Part shown: positions 1 through 11,834 of the stretch, one piece after another
Layout of the letters: each line of letters starts with the position of its first letter
How positions within the stretch are numbered: position 1 is the stretch's first letter
Assembly: GCA_035084275.1 (NCBI GenBank)
Contig: CM068745.1
Location: 52,948,001 to 53,012,000 of the forward strand
DNA: 64,000 nt
Direction: 5' to 3'
DNA from: Hydrolagus colliei
Lineage: Eukaryota
Notes under the pieces: generated by a model
What the model saw: only the letters and a program-made list of their open reading frames with translations
Databases searched by the model: none
What the model was told of the DNA's origin: nothing
Position numbers and translations under genes: made by a program

Positions 1-157
1 GACTAAACACCAGGCAGTCAGAACATTACACTAAAAAATGTAATCTCCCGCTATTGCCTCATGTTAACAATGAAAATTTGATCTGAAATTGTTACTGGAT
101 GGTTCTAAAGGCTTGTCAGTCAGAGAAAGTGTACCCTAATTATTCAGTGAGTTTACC

Positions 158-420
158 CAGAGCTAAACAGAGCAGGAAAGTCCCAGGTTTGAGCCCTGAT
201 CTGCATTGAATTGCTATTACTCAGATGGCAGCAAATGGGAAAATCAGCCAGATTCTGGCCCCAGTTCCAGCAATTCCTGTTGAAGATGGACATTTATGGA
301 CTTTGCACGGGGACAGATTAAGTTTAATTGCAACGCTTTCCACAGCCAAATAGAGTTCCAATACAAGTGAATAAGGGCAAGATACTGGAGAGTAACCGGT
401 GGCTACAGAACCATAACCCT
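158..420 (+). mobile_element. Degraded AmnSINE2-like ancient SINE
   Basis: Blocks 'caggaaagtcccaggtttgagccctgatctg', 'gggaaaatcagccag' and 'ggggacagattaag...ccaaatag' are shared with copies at ~31310 and ~45150 and resemble my recollection of the AmnSINE2 consensus. Confidence 0.5.
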
Positions 421-439
421 TGCAATTGATATACCTGAT

Positions 440-925
440 CAACAACAACTTACATTTGTGCAGTGCCTTTCATAACGAGAAGATGTCCCAAGGCACTGGA
501 GAGTCAAGGATTTGGACCTGAGCAGGAGGTTGGGAATGTTGCATATTTGCTTTAACGACATAAGTGGCAATTGAATATGGATGGTGCAAGTATAAAAGGA
601 TTCTGGAAATAGTGATTTGCAGATTTGAAAGAGAGTATGAAAGAGGTTGATTTGAAAGAGGGTGACTTGTAAAGTTTGAATTAAAGGACTGATTGAATCT
701 ACATTGCATTTTATGTCTTAAATAACTTTAAAGGGATCAGGTGGGGAGGGGGGCAGGCAGGCTTGTAGGCAGGCAGGCTAGTGGTAGGAGGGTGGCCAAA
801 TGAACTGTCGAAGAGGAGGGACTTGAGACAGATGAGCTTTGATGGAGGCAAGGGAAGGAAGATGAAGGGAATGCGGGAAAGAATTCCAAAGGTGGCAGCA
901 GAGAAGCTTGAAAGCCCGACTGTAA
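440..925 (-). mobile_element. Degraded L2 LINE 3' fragment(s)
   Basis: (CAA)n plus 'ttacatttgtgcagtgcctttcataacgagaagatgtcccaaggcact' tail at 440-500. Minus-strand translation near 800-920 gives FSAATFGIL...LKSLLFD, resembling the L2 ORF2 C-terminus. Confidence 0.6.
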
Positions 926-1064
926 ACGGAGCGAGCAAACAGGTTGGCAATGCCTCAAGTCAAAACATTGCAAAATGCTTCCGAGGTTTTCTGTGAAAAC
1001 TGTATTTAGAGGAGAACGCAGAAACTGAACATGTTCCCCAGTTTGTAGGCGATGACTTGATTTG

Positions 1065-1160
1065 AGCATCAGCCTAGACTATGAGCTCAAAGCCTCAGCA
1101 TGAGGTGTGAATTCACAACCTTCGGATTCAGAGGCCAGAATGCTACCAATTGAGCCATAC
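1065..1160 (-). mobile_element. SacSINE1-like (tRNA-Deu) SINE head fragment
   Basis: Reverse complement reads tggctcaattggtagcattctggcctctgaatccgaaggttgtgaattca, the same head as the copies at 42240 and 46195. Confidence 0.6.
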
Positions 1161-2289
1161 TGACAACCTTACCCCAGCAGAAAGTGAAAAAAGCACCAGG
1201 AGTACATTTGCGGGGGTGGTGGGGGGCGGGGGAGGGAGGGAGAGGGAGGGTGGAGAGTGTTCAGAGAAGCAGAGAAGGGCCACAGTGGTAATTCCTGTTA
1301 ATGGACAGCGATTTATTTGGTAAGGAAAATGAATCAAGTTTGTTTGTCACTCCTGTGGTTTATTCTGTTCTTCTGCCACAGGCTCCCCATGTCTAAAAGC
1401 TATTGGCGTGCAAGTGTATTGCTCAGATGGGTCCTTGATGCTGCAATGTGCAAGGAGGAGACAAAGTGTTAAAAGGCCTAAAATAACATTATTTCATCAC
1501 TCCTGTTCCATTAGAATTCACTTGGGTAGCTGCGAAAATGGTTTATAGATCCGAGAGGGGAGTACAAGCAAAACATTCCATGCCTTCATGTGTGATAAAT
1601 TCCCAAAACTCATTTCTCACATCCAGGCTATGAATAACAAACATGTTTTTTTTTGGGTGTGGAAACGTTTGTCTCAGACAGAACCTTTTGTCTGGAGGAC
1701 TAATTAAATTTTAAATATTATTTACACTTTGCTGCACGGGAGCATGTTTCTAGATGTAACTAAAACACGACTGTTTTGCAAACTCAGCTTTTGCAAGGGT
1801 TGCCGAGGTCAGGTGAGGCAAAATTAATCTTTAGTTTTTTGTCAAAAAAAGCAACAGGGGAGGTAGCAATGTGGAACAAAGCACAGGCACATAATACCTA
1901 TTGTAATGTGATGTCAAGCCACAAGCAGTTTAACCCTTGGTGCCTTAGATTATTGCATTCTGCACTAAACTGAATCATTTCATAATTCTGTCTACTTCAT
2001 TTCTCTGACTTAATGTGACCTAATGTGTTTTTCCTTTTAAATGGACAGTATGCATTCAAAATATTAAAGGGCATTTGATGATCAATAGCTTTAGAAGTTT
2101 CAGAGAGTGCTGACTCAAACCATCCCTGTGTGTAATAAAACTAGGTCATCAGCAAGAGCAGTTCTTTAGTGGATGTGAAGTGAGGGAACACTATATCCAG
2201 TATATACATACATATATATGTATGCGTGTGTGTATATATTGATATATATGTAGTATTTTATCAAGATATCTGAAAGCGTTTCCCAGGAT

Positions 2290-2560
2290 TTATTGGAAGT
2301 AATTAAAGTGTAATGATTGTGCATTTTGTCTATAATTGCAGCAGCCAATTTGTGCGCATACACTCAGCAGTAACGTGAATGATAAATTTTGTCCAGAGGA
2401 TTGTTAGCTAGTGAGAGAAACACTGGTTAGCAAAACTATTGTCTCTTTGAATATTGTGAGATCTTTAATGTCCACTCAAATAAGCAGACAGGACCTTGGT
2501 TGAAAGTCTCATCTGAAGGTCAATACCATGCATTCGACAAACTGCTCTTTGCTCCTGTGT
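2290..2560 (-). mobile_element. Old Deu-domain SINE body
   Basis: 'gcagcagccaatttgtgcgca' (Deu core, reverse) and 'gatctttaatgtccactcaaataagcagacaggacc...tctcatctgaagg'. Confidence 0.6.
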
Positions 2561-2934
2561 CCATGCCGGATTCCAGCAGAACTCAATGTCACGATCATGC
2601 AAATGGTACGATATTCGAACCCCATTGTGACCTATTTTCAGATGAGCCCTAAACGAGGGTCCTGACACCGCTGTTATTCTGGTGGTTGTTTGAGATCCCA
2701 GAGCATTATTTCAAAGAAGAACTAGAGTTGATGGTGTCTTTTTAATTTTTTTGCTCATGCAAATTCATGGATTACATTTTGGTCATTTATCATCTCATTG
2801 CAGTGTATGGTACTTTGCTGGTGCAGATTACCTGCTTCGTTTTCTGATAAGACAGTCATTACATTTAAAAGTGTGAAGATATGTTTCAACCTGATAAGGT
2901 GTTATATGAATTTCAAGCATTATTCTAATTATGA

Positions 2935-3282
2935 ATAAATTGGTCATTCAAGTCATGGTTGTTTATGGAACATTGCTCTGCACAAATTGGTTGATGCCAT
3001 TCGCCTCCGAAATACGCAATTGTGATACTTTACAGTATATCCATTGAAGCGCTTTAACATTTGAGACCCATTTCAAGACCTTCCTCTTTGAACTTCAACC
3101 ACTCTCCTTCCCCTCCTTTCCCTCCACCCTCTCCGATTCCGACCCCATCTCGGGTCCGAAAGACTGACTGTCCGGCGCCTTGGGACGTCCTCCGAACGTG
3201 AAATACAAATGTAGTTTTGTTGTTGTATCTTCCTGAACGATGAATGTCGCTATACCAAATGCAAGGAATATTATTATTATTT
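2935..3282 (+). mobile_element. Deu-domain SINE 3' half interrupted by a short L2 3'-end insertion (~3067-3225)
   Basis: SINE core runs to 'aagcgcttt...gagac', then L2 end 'ttcaagaccttcctctttga...gcgccttgggacgtcctccgaacgtgaaa...gttgttg', then the SINE tail resumes 'gctataccaaatgcaaggaatattattattatt'. Confidence 0.7.
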
Positions 3283-4857
3283 CTATCTATTTATCTAAAC
3301 TTACAATATTTAATAAGCAAATCTTCCCATCCTTTGTTTTGTTTTATATTGCTGAAGCTTGTAGTTCATATCTTTATGTAGCTAAATACTGTACACTTCT
3401 TTTACCATCTAAGACCGAAGTGCCATCATAGAATATGTTTCTGGGAGTGATGCAACAGTTCCTATATCAGCAGTGGTCGAGAAAAATAAACATGAATGTG
3501 ATCTGGTTCTTCAAGAAGAAAAGAGAGTGTGAACAAAGAGAACCAGTAATGTGATTTTTGTTATTCATCTCCTTCTCTGCTTCTCATCCAGTTAGAAAAG
3601 CAGTGGGGGGAGTTGACAGTACTCATCATTTTGTAACAATAAAATACACACCAGTTTGACCCGTTGCTTGAAATATAATCTCAGGTACAGTAGCAAGGTT
3701 CTTTTCAATGAATTTCCTGCTCAGTAGCTCCTCAGTTGTACTGCATCAAATTAGTTTTTATTTTAAATGTGACGAATAGTTTCCAGTTTTGCTGTTATTG
3801 CTGCGACTCACAAAGCTGTGATGTGTGCTGAGTGTAAGTACTGTATTAAAAGGGGCTGATGATACGTGCTGACTATCAGTATTAAAGCTGCCCCTAATGT
3901 GTGCAGACCCATATCTGATATAGTGAAACACTTGGACTGGGGTTTCCATATATGATTTGCTCTCACAATAAGCTCCTGATTCCAACCACACCACATGGTG
4001 GAAGTGACAAGCAAAGAGGAGCAAAATAATTTGAAACGGTTCATAGCAAAAGCCAGGCTGGCTGGACTGAGGATGGGGTGGGGGGAGATTCCCGTCAGGT
4101 GAGCTGGAATTTCTGGCTAAGTGGAATTATAATGACAGTATTGGCTTTTTATAGGACTATCGTTTTTTAGTGACGGAGTGGCATTGGAATTTTTTGACTC
4201 CCGGCAGCAGAATCTAGCAAATAAGCCGTCTTCTGCTTACTGGATTGTAACTGAGTCAAATTCGATATCCCTGGCTGCTGAAGGATGGCGAGGCGGGGGG
4301 CTACGAGGGTGAGCCAGCGGGAGTCAGCTCAACCGGTCTGGCTAAGTACGATTCCCAGATACCTTGGTGGTGTGCTGGGAGTACACTATATTTGCCAATC
4401 AGAGATTCCATTTCTCAATCATACAGAGCTGATACGTAATGCTTTGTAATTCTCTTCAGTTTATTAGGGCGTCTCTATGAACTAAGATGTGACAAGTACT
4501 ACCATTTTAAACACCTAGATCCAATGCAAACACTTCCATGTGTGCTCATTTGAGTGAAACATGCAGGATGTGTTAATTATAGTGAGTGAGAATTATCACA
4601 ACAACAACAAATTGTATATATTTACCAGGCTTCATAAGGGGTAATGTCTCAGGGAGCTTATTACATCAAACATGGCATTTTCCACCCCAATATTTACGAG
4701 CAACTCGCTTTAGTTATGAAAACGTGTGCAGCAACATCATTATGTTTAAATGCAATATGTTAGGCAAGTAACCAATGCACTCTTTCTGCCATTTTCAAAG
4801 CAGGGTTTTGCCCCACTGTGTCTGAGCAGGTTCACAATGTCCATGTGGACAGTTGAC

Positions 4858-4975
4858 TAATAATAATAATCATAATCCTTGCATTTGGTATAGCGCTTTT
4901 CACATCTTATCGATGTCTCAGAGCGCTTCACAGAATATACTGTAAAGTGAATTGATTCTGTTGTGGGAGAAATGC
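4858..4975 (-). mobile_element. Young tRNA-Deu-L2 SINE 3' fragment
   Basis: (TAA)n-ccttgcatttggtatagcgcttttcacatc...gcgcttcacagaatatactgtaaagtgaattga, the reverse complement of the family tail. Confidence 0.85.
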
Positions 4976-5549
4976 ATAACGATGAAAGTACAGGAACGTC
5001 AGATGACGGCTGTGATTGACCTGTTGGAAGTTTATTGCACTCAGGCTATAGAGAGGTAGTGCAATACTCCACATGCTCCTCAGCTATTGTGGTTCACCAC
5101 ACAATGAGTTCCGGTGGAGATTTAAACAAGAAGAAAATTATTGCCACTTGAGTCCACTCTTCATGTCTCCTTCTACACACTGCCCAGAAACCACTTTCAA
5201 AAGTGTTCTGTCGGTTTGAAAAAAATCACTATAGGAGAACAACCAAAAAATACCCCCCAAAACTAAATTTTACTCATATTCATTAAATGTTACACAATGA
5301 CAGATCGAACAATTACTGCAGTGCAAAGAAGGAATGTTTGGGGTAAGAAATTCAAGCACAACAGTTAAGTATCCGGTTAAATTCAGTTGCTTTTTTTAAA
5401 GAAAAAAACACAAGACTCTCCTCAGTTTATTTTAGACTCAAAAACTTTTCAGGGCTCTTAAAGAAAAAGATAAGAGTGATATTTTCTTAGCTTTGCTGTC
5501 TCCTTTTTAGAGGCTGTTTGTACCACCCAGAGTCTGGGAAATGTATAAT

Positions 5550-7050
5550 TCAACTAACCGTGCATGAAGCTGATTAATTTCACTCTTGATTAGGAATCTG
5601 TTGTGGCATCTCATGGACTTAGCATATCTATAGCCTCCTCATTCCTTTTTTTTCTCTCTCTTTCTCTCTTCCCCCTCTCTTTTTAAACACTGAGCCACCT
5701 CATGCTTTTTGCCCTTGGCGAATGGAGGAAGGTCGAGAGAGCTGCTGTGATTAATGGTCAAGCAGTGCTGAATTCCGTCTCTCATTTCCCTCTGGTTTTA
5801 TTTAAATTGATAATGTGTTTTGAGAGCAATGACATATCTTTTCTTTCTAAAAAATACTGCCTGCTTTGCTTAAAAGCAAAAGCTGGACAGCAACAAAAGA
5901 TCCCATTCCCACAATTCTCCCCCCACTCCCTCTCCCTCGCCTCTCTTTTTTCCCCTCTTTTTTCTAATGCATCTAACAATTTCTCTGCCGTTCCTTCTTT
6001 CAGCTGCTGCTTCATTAGATTGTCTGAATGTTTATTTGAAATTGTAATGAAATATTTACTTTATGGAGCAATAAGGATTAGCAGTGATAATTGACTGAAG
6101 TCTGCATTGGAGCTTTAGCTGTAATAGGGCCCCTCTTGTTTGAATACAGGCTCACAGTCGCTGGGTGAGTGTGTGCATTTCTGCCTGTCAGTTTCTCTCC
6201 ACATGTTGCTTTTTCTTCTGGAGATAAGTGGGCCTAACGCTGAACAAATAGTGGAAATCAGAATCCACTGAGAATCATTCACTTCTCGTTTTCCCATGGC
6301 AGACTGATAGACGCCCAGTCACAAACCCCCCTTTTAGTGAAATGATTTTGTCACCACGAGCAAATCCAATTGAAAAGTCCCCCGGACGGTGAGGAGCACC
6401 AGTTGTCAAAATCAGCAAATGTAATGAAAAGAGCCAAGTGGAATAAATTGGCATCAGGTGCAGTGCGCCTCATATGATAGGCTGCCTCATTGTGTCTGGT
6501 AGACATTCAGTGATTTCAAATATAATGGGAGAAATTAATGCAAATGAGGGGATGGAATGAAATGTATTTTAATGCAGATTCGAGGGGACCTGGTAGCTGC
6601 TTGATAACAAGTTGCTCTAGGAAAAGGCCTATATTGTGCTAGGTCATTTTTTTCCCATTTCTTGTCACTTGTGCCTCATAAGGGTCCATTGTTCTCTAAG
6701 TAAACTCTTTTAAACTATTGACATTGCTCATTTATTTGAATTTCAGATGGGTTTTGCTGACACTGTTGCCACAGGAGATCTGGGAAAACATTAATAGCAA
6801 GAGAACAGGGGGTCTGGCTAGAACACGAGATGAAATCATTAAGTGTAATGTTACTGCTGTCCATGCCTCATTATAACCTACATTCCAGGCAATAAACTAT
6901 ATGTTTTCACAAACAAGTTCCTGGCTAAATAAATTACCGCAGGCCTGGGACAGTTTAACTCGGCATCATGTACTCCATACGCTGCAAGAATGGCAAGGCA
7001 GCAAATATTGAGCCATTTATCAGTTTTGCACTAATCAGCTTCTTTACTCT
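5550..7050. promoter_or_regulatory. Candidate conserved non-coding element / enhancer cluster (intron 1)
   Basis: About 1.5 kb with no recognisable repeat; TGATTAATGG (5748-5757), CTGTCA (6185-6190), ATGCAAAT (6538-6545) and many TAAT cores. Conservation is inferred, not measured. Confidence 0.55.
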
Positions 7051-8157
7051 CTTCTTCCTGTATATCTGTTTTCCCGCTGTTCCCTGTTGTCTTTCATTTT
7101 ATGTCCTTCATACAAAAATTATGCAGCACTTCACATAAATTGTGCGCTTGCTGTGGACTTTGGAGAGATGGGAGGGGAGCGCTGGTATTTAAGTACATAG
7201 TATTTGGACATTGTCAGGATTAGCACAGGATGATTATGACCTGCCGATCTGATGTTTCCAAACCTCAGTGTTGGAAAGTAAGAGCACGCTCCCAAGTTTT
7301 GTAGTAACTTTTTTTTGATTATTTGAAAAGTCTTGAGTGTGATTTTAAACAGAAGATTGCATTCTGAATAAACAACATACAGGCAAGCATATTGTGATGA
7401 GAATTTAAGCTGCTAGATAAATACTGTATTTTACTGGTACTTGATGTGTTGTCTCTTCGTGATGTGACGATAAACAAACAAAATCTGGCAAAAACACAAA
7501 CATAAGCGGTATTCGCTAGTTTTAAGCAGTATACCATCACAATGTCCTGCAAGGCAATAAAAGTGAAACTCCTCTGTTTAACAAGTACTGTATTTTAGGT
7601 TTAGAAGCTTTATAATAATCTTTGCATTTCATATTGGACCTTTTACATTGGAAGAACCCCCCCCCAAACACTTCACAGAATGTTCTGTGTATTTGTAGGT
7701 GAATGTAAATGCCAGGTTTGAAAGATAATTCTCTTCATTTGGGCTGCAGTGCTGCTATTTTCTCCTTTTGTTTTGTTGTGAAGGAGTTTTTTTTTGCTGT
7801 GGGAGGCCTGGGTGTCACTCAATCACACACATTTATAATGAAATGCTGCAAAAGGTGCTCAGAGCCTCTGCTACTGCCAGACAAACAACTTTAAAAACTG
7901 GTTATGAGCAACTGTACGGAAGAAATGGTTCCCCCAATCCCACAATCATCGCTTCCTTTTTCTTTGCCCCATTGTGGGAAGCATCATGCAGATCTCATAT
8001 TGATTAATTATTGGAATGAAAATTACACCACATCGTGAACTAATTCTCACATCATCAAAATAGTGAGTGAACCAGTCAATAACTGACCGCAGATTATTTC
8101 ACAAGATAATCAGTACCCCCTTCATTTAAAAGTGCATGGTGTGGGGGGTGGGGGTAC

Positions 8158-8460
8158 TACAAACAAACAAACAAAACTTACATTTATATAGCGCCTTTCA
8201 CGTCGAGAGGACATCCCAAGGCGCTGTACAGTCAGGTAGGACAAGAGCAGGGTGGGAAGGATCAGGGCAGGATGAAGAATAGTAGGAAAAGTAACTGTAT
8301 ATTAGTGGGCGAAACGCGGCAACCAAATTGCGCACAGCAGTGTCCCACAATCAGTCACGGAAGTAGGACTAGGGGCAAAAGTGGGTAAAGAAGCAAAAGG
8401 GGAGGGGTCGAGGCAGGGGGAAGAAAGGCAGGAAAGTCGACTGTATACTTGTGGGTGAAT
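8158..8460 (-). mobile_element. Variant Deu-domain SINE with pyrimidine-rich spacer, L2-type tail and (TTTG)n end; internally duplicated
   Basis: Reverse complement of 8160-8297 matches 48252-48386; Deu core at 8300-8360; a second 'cccacaagtatacagtc' plus pyrimidine tract at 8360-8460. Confidence 0.75.
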
Positions 8461-9684
8461 TTTTAAACTGCAGTAGTAATTATTATTAATAATAATAAGC
8501 CTTGCATCTGATACAGTATCTTATCACATTACCAAAATGTCTCAAAGCAATTCAAAGCAATTCGCTACTGTGTAGTGACTGTATATTTACAGTGAACACT
8601 ATTAGATTTTATTGGAAAGATAATTTTTTAGATGCAGCAGCTTTATAAAAATGTAAATGCCATTCTGCCCCCAGTGTTTGTCCAGTGTTACCTTTTTTAT
8701 TACATTTCTTCTTTATTAATTCCATTTCTCCAGCTGTTTCCCCATATGCATTAATATTTTGCTGTTTCTGATATGGGTGAGGTATTCGAGATTGCATGCT
8801 TAATTGTGTTGCATTTAGGTTGTGTGGTGTAGTTTTCCAGTACTTTAGAGCAGTGCTGATATGAAATTAAAAGTTATGTAATTTAATGGCATATTAAGGC
8901 CATTTACCAATGCAGACACATCCATGTGGGAGTGAGGTTTCATTTGTTTATTTTCATTAAACACTAAAAACCTGCTGATGTGTTGCAGAATGTTTTCTCT
9001 GCTCCCATGTCCAAACCTTGTGCCTCCTCATAGTGAGAGAAACTTGTGGACTTTGAAGTCTTTCTGCAATAATAGCAGTTTTGATGAGCTTATGGTCTTG
9101 AGTATTGCACAGAATAGAACCAGATGGCTAATGTCTATTCTCCCAACACACCCTCCCCACCAGCCAGCCATACAAAATCCCCATGAGGGTCAGATTCACC
9201 AGTGCTCTCCTGAGTGCTGCTGAAACTCACCTTAAGTGTGGTTTGAAGCAATAAATAAACCTGAGATCCTAGCCTATCGCCATCTGGTTGGGAAACCAGC
9301 CAGGACTGGAACCACAAGAGTAACACAATGTAGATCTATTTACTAATCCACTTCAAATAGTGATAGTTATTTTTTAAAAATCAAGATCTACTCTGACTTC
9401 CCACCTAGTGTTGATTCATTATAATATCAAGATGTTTCTGAAATGAGCCAGTGAACTGGCCTTAACCACCCTCCCCGATAATCCATTCAAGTTGTCAGTT
9501 AGCCTACGTTTAAATAAATACTTCCTGCTGTCTGTTCATAGGCAGCGGTTGAAAACATTCTTTTTGGGGTTGAGCAAGACTCAATTAAAATTAGAATTAA
9601 AATGTTAAGACCGCTGGTTTAACTGACAGGTCCATCAGCCAACCGTCAATATTGTTCCTTCACCCAAATTCACCAAATAAAGAT

Positions 9685-9850
9685 TTAAGATGTCATTTAT
9701 CTCACCGCTCTTTTGCAGGAGTATTGCTGGTACAAATTAGTTGCCACATCTCCCCACAAAGTATACAGTCAATTCACGTTACAGTATATTCTGTGAAGCA
9801 CTTTGAGACATTTAGAAGACGTAAAATATTTGCTATATCAAATGCAAGGT
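9685..9850 (+). mobile_element. tRNA-Deu-L2 SINE 3' half
   Basis: 'tatacagtcaattcacgttacagtatattctgtgaagcactttgagac...gctatatcaaatgcaagg'. Confidence 0.8.
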
Positions 9851-10466
9851 TTATCTTTGCAGAAAAAGACTCTACTTTCTAAATAATTCACTGTGTGTTA
9901 AGCTTTTGAGACATTTCTGTGTGAAAAAGATGCTACATCAAATCTAAATATTTATTATTTGAATATTCTGAAAGCATTATCAGCACTAAAAGATGCTTCC
10001 CCAAGTGAAGGGTACTATGAAAATACTAGGTAGATCCAAGTTATTATTGTTGTTGTTATGGGGTGAGATAATTCAATGGTTTCACAAACTACTGAGTAGA
10101 AAGTCCACCTGGGTATAATTTTTTCTATAAACAATGCATTTCAGAGCATCTAGAATTTGCCATATTCTTAAAGATAGCCTTGGATTTTGAAAATGGTTTA
10201 TTATAGATTCTTTTGAGAACTACATAAAAATGGGTTTCAAAGTTGAAACTAATTTCAACAATTTGCAAACTTTTAGCTATTGAATTATAATTACAAGTCT
10301 TGCATTTCAAAAAGCTTCTTTCTCAAAATAGGAGGACATCTTAAAATATTTCACATGATTTACTGTAGTGCTGTGTAGTCACTGTGATGGAGAAGCACTG
10401 TTGGAGATGTGGTCCTTGGAATGAGACATTAAATCAAGTTCCATGCTGCCTTTTTAGGTGGAAAAG

Positions 10467-11157
10467 GTTCGGGTTCGATTCGCAGCTTTCCACATACGTT
10501 CTATGACCAGGACCATTTTTTCCACCTCTGTCACGTTGCTCGCCTCCATTTGTGCCTCATAACTGAAGTAGCCAAAACTCCCATCCACGCCTTTGTCACT
10601 TCCTGGCTGGACTATTCCAATGCTCCCCTCGCTGGTCTTCCTAGCTCCACCATACCCAAAATTCAACTAATTAAAAACTCTGCCACCCAGATATTCATCT
10701 GCAAAAAACTCTCTACGCCCATCACACCAGTCAGTTCATGCCAGGTTCCGCTGGTTTTCAATTACCAAATGGATCGATATCAAGCCTCCTCTTACCCGTT
10801 TTCAAATCCCTTCATGCTCTAGTACCACCCTACCTATCTGACTTGCTTACCCCACTCCACCATTCGATGCCTGCGTTCGGCTGTCTCCACCCTCATATTT
10901 GTCCCTCCCCTCCCTCTGCTCCACCATCCGTTGCCGTGCTTTCAGCCACTACTCCCTGAAAATCTGGAAATCTCTCCCTCAATCCCTCCGCCTTGCCCCT
11001 TCCTACTTTCAAGTCCCACCTAAAGACCTTCCTTTTTGATCTTGCTTACGGTTACCTCCCTCTCCCCCCTAACTCAGGATCAGACTTTGTCTGTCAATGT
11101 CAAGCCCTCCGGGCATCAACCCACATCAAGGACACAATATAAATGCAAGTTGTTGTT
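10467..11157 (+). mobile_element. 5'-truncated L2 LINE (frameshifted ORF2 C-terminus plus 3' tail) nested in an old SINE
   Basis: Peptides IHAFVTSWLDYSNAPLAGLP...IQLIKNSA and VFKSLHALVPPYLSDLL; ends aaatgcaagttgttgtt; flanked by GAAAAG at 10461-10466 and 11158-11163. Host SINE pieces at ~10395-10466 and 11158-11398. Confidence 0.88.
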
Positions 11158-11834
11158 GAAAAGATAAGGAGGTTTCTTTCTCCTGTGTTCCTAGTCAATA
11201 ATCCCCCAGTTAAAAAGATGGTAATTTACTTCATGGTTGATTGTGAGAAATTTCTCTGTGCAAATTGGCTGCAGAGTTCACCTAACACCTACACAAAACA
11301 GAATCACCACACATTGCAATAAATACTGGGAAGCGCTTTGAGATGTCCCCCTGACATGAAAGACGCTGTATGAAATGCAAGGATTATTACTATTATTAAA
11401 AGTGATTCCTTACATAGGCTTTTCTGTTTGATTTTTTCTCTCTCTCGTTGAATGAAAGATGTGAATGTGAGGAAGCTCAGCCTGAGAGAAGTGCTGCTGA
11501 TTTAGAATTGGAGAGTGAGAAGATTGGAGAGGTAGGGAGAGGTAGGGAGGTCCCAGAGAGTGAAGGGGTTCCATATATGTGAAGAAAAGGCATGTTTTCA
11601 GTCAGCCTCCAGGCACAGGATGATAACAGCTTATTGTAGTATATTTTTGCTCATTGCAAACCACAATTGGGGTTAAATGCTTTCAGACAATTCTGTTTAA
11701 ATTCAAGTTGTGTACTATTCTCACATTCACTTTTTTTTAACTGTGTTATACATCCACTAGTTCCATATTTCATGCACATTCACTCTCCACTCTTAAGTAT
11801 GTCTGTTAAGTTAGTGCTGTCCTGACACACATAG

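Noticed and set aside
1212-1256. G-rich tract able to form a G-quadruplex (also the C-rich 18315-18372)
   Set aside because: Low-complexity tracts with no supporting context; common in vertebrate introns.
2200-2252. (TA/CA/TG)n mixed microsatellite
   Set aside because: Ordinary degenerate simple repeat.
4075-4400. GC- and CpG-richer segment as a promoter or exon
   Set aside because: No ORF, splice pair or family I can recognise; probably an unidentified repeat fragment.
5702-6094. 130-aa ORF in the candidate CNE
   Set aside because: Low-complexity F/L/S composition from pyrimidine tracts, no recognisable domain and no convincing exon structure.
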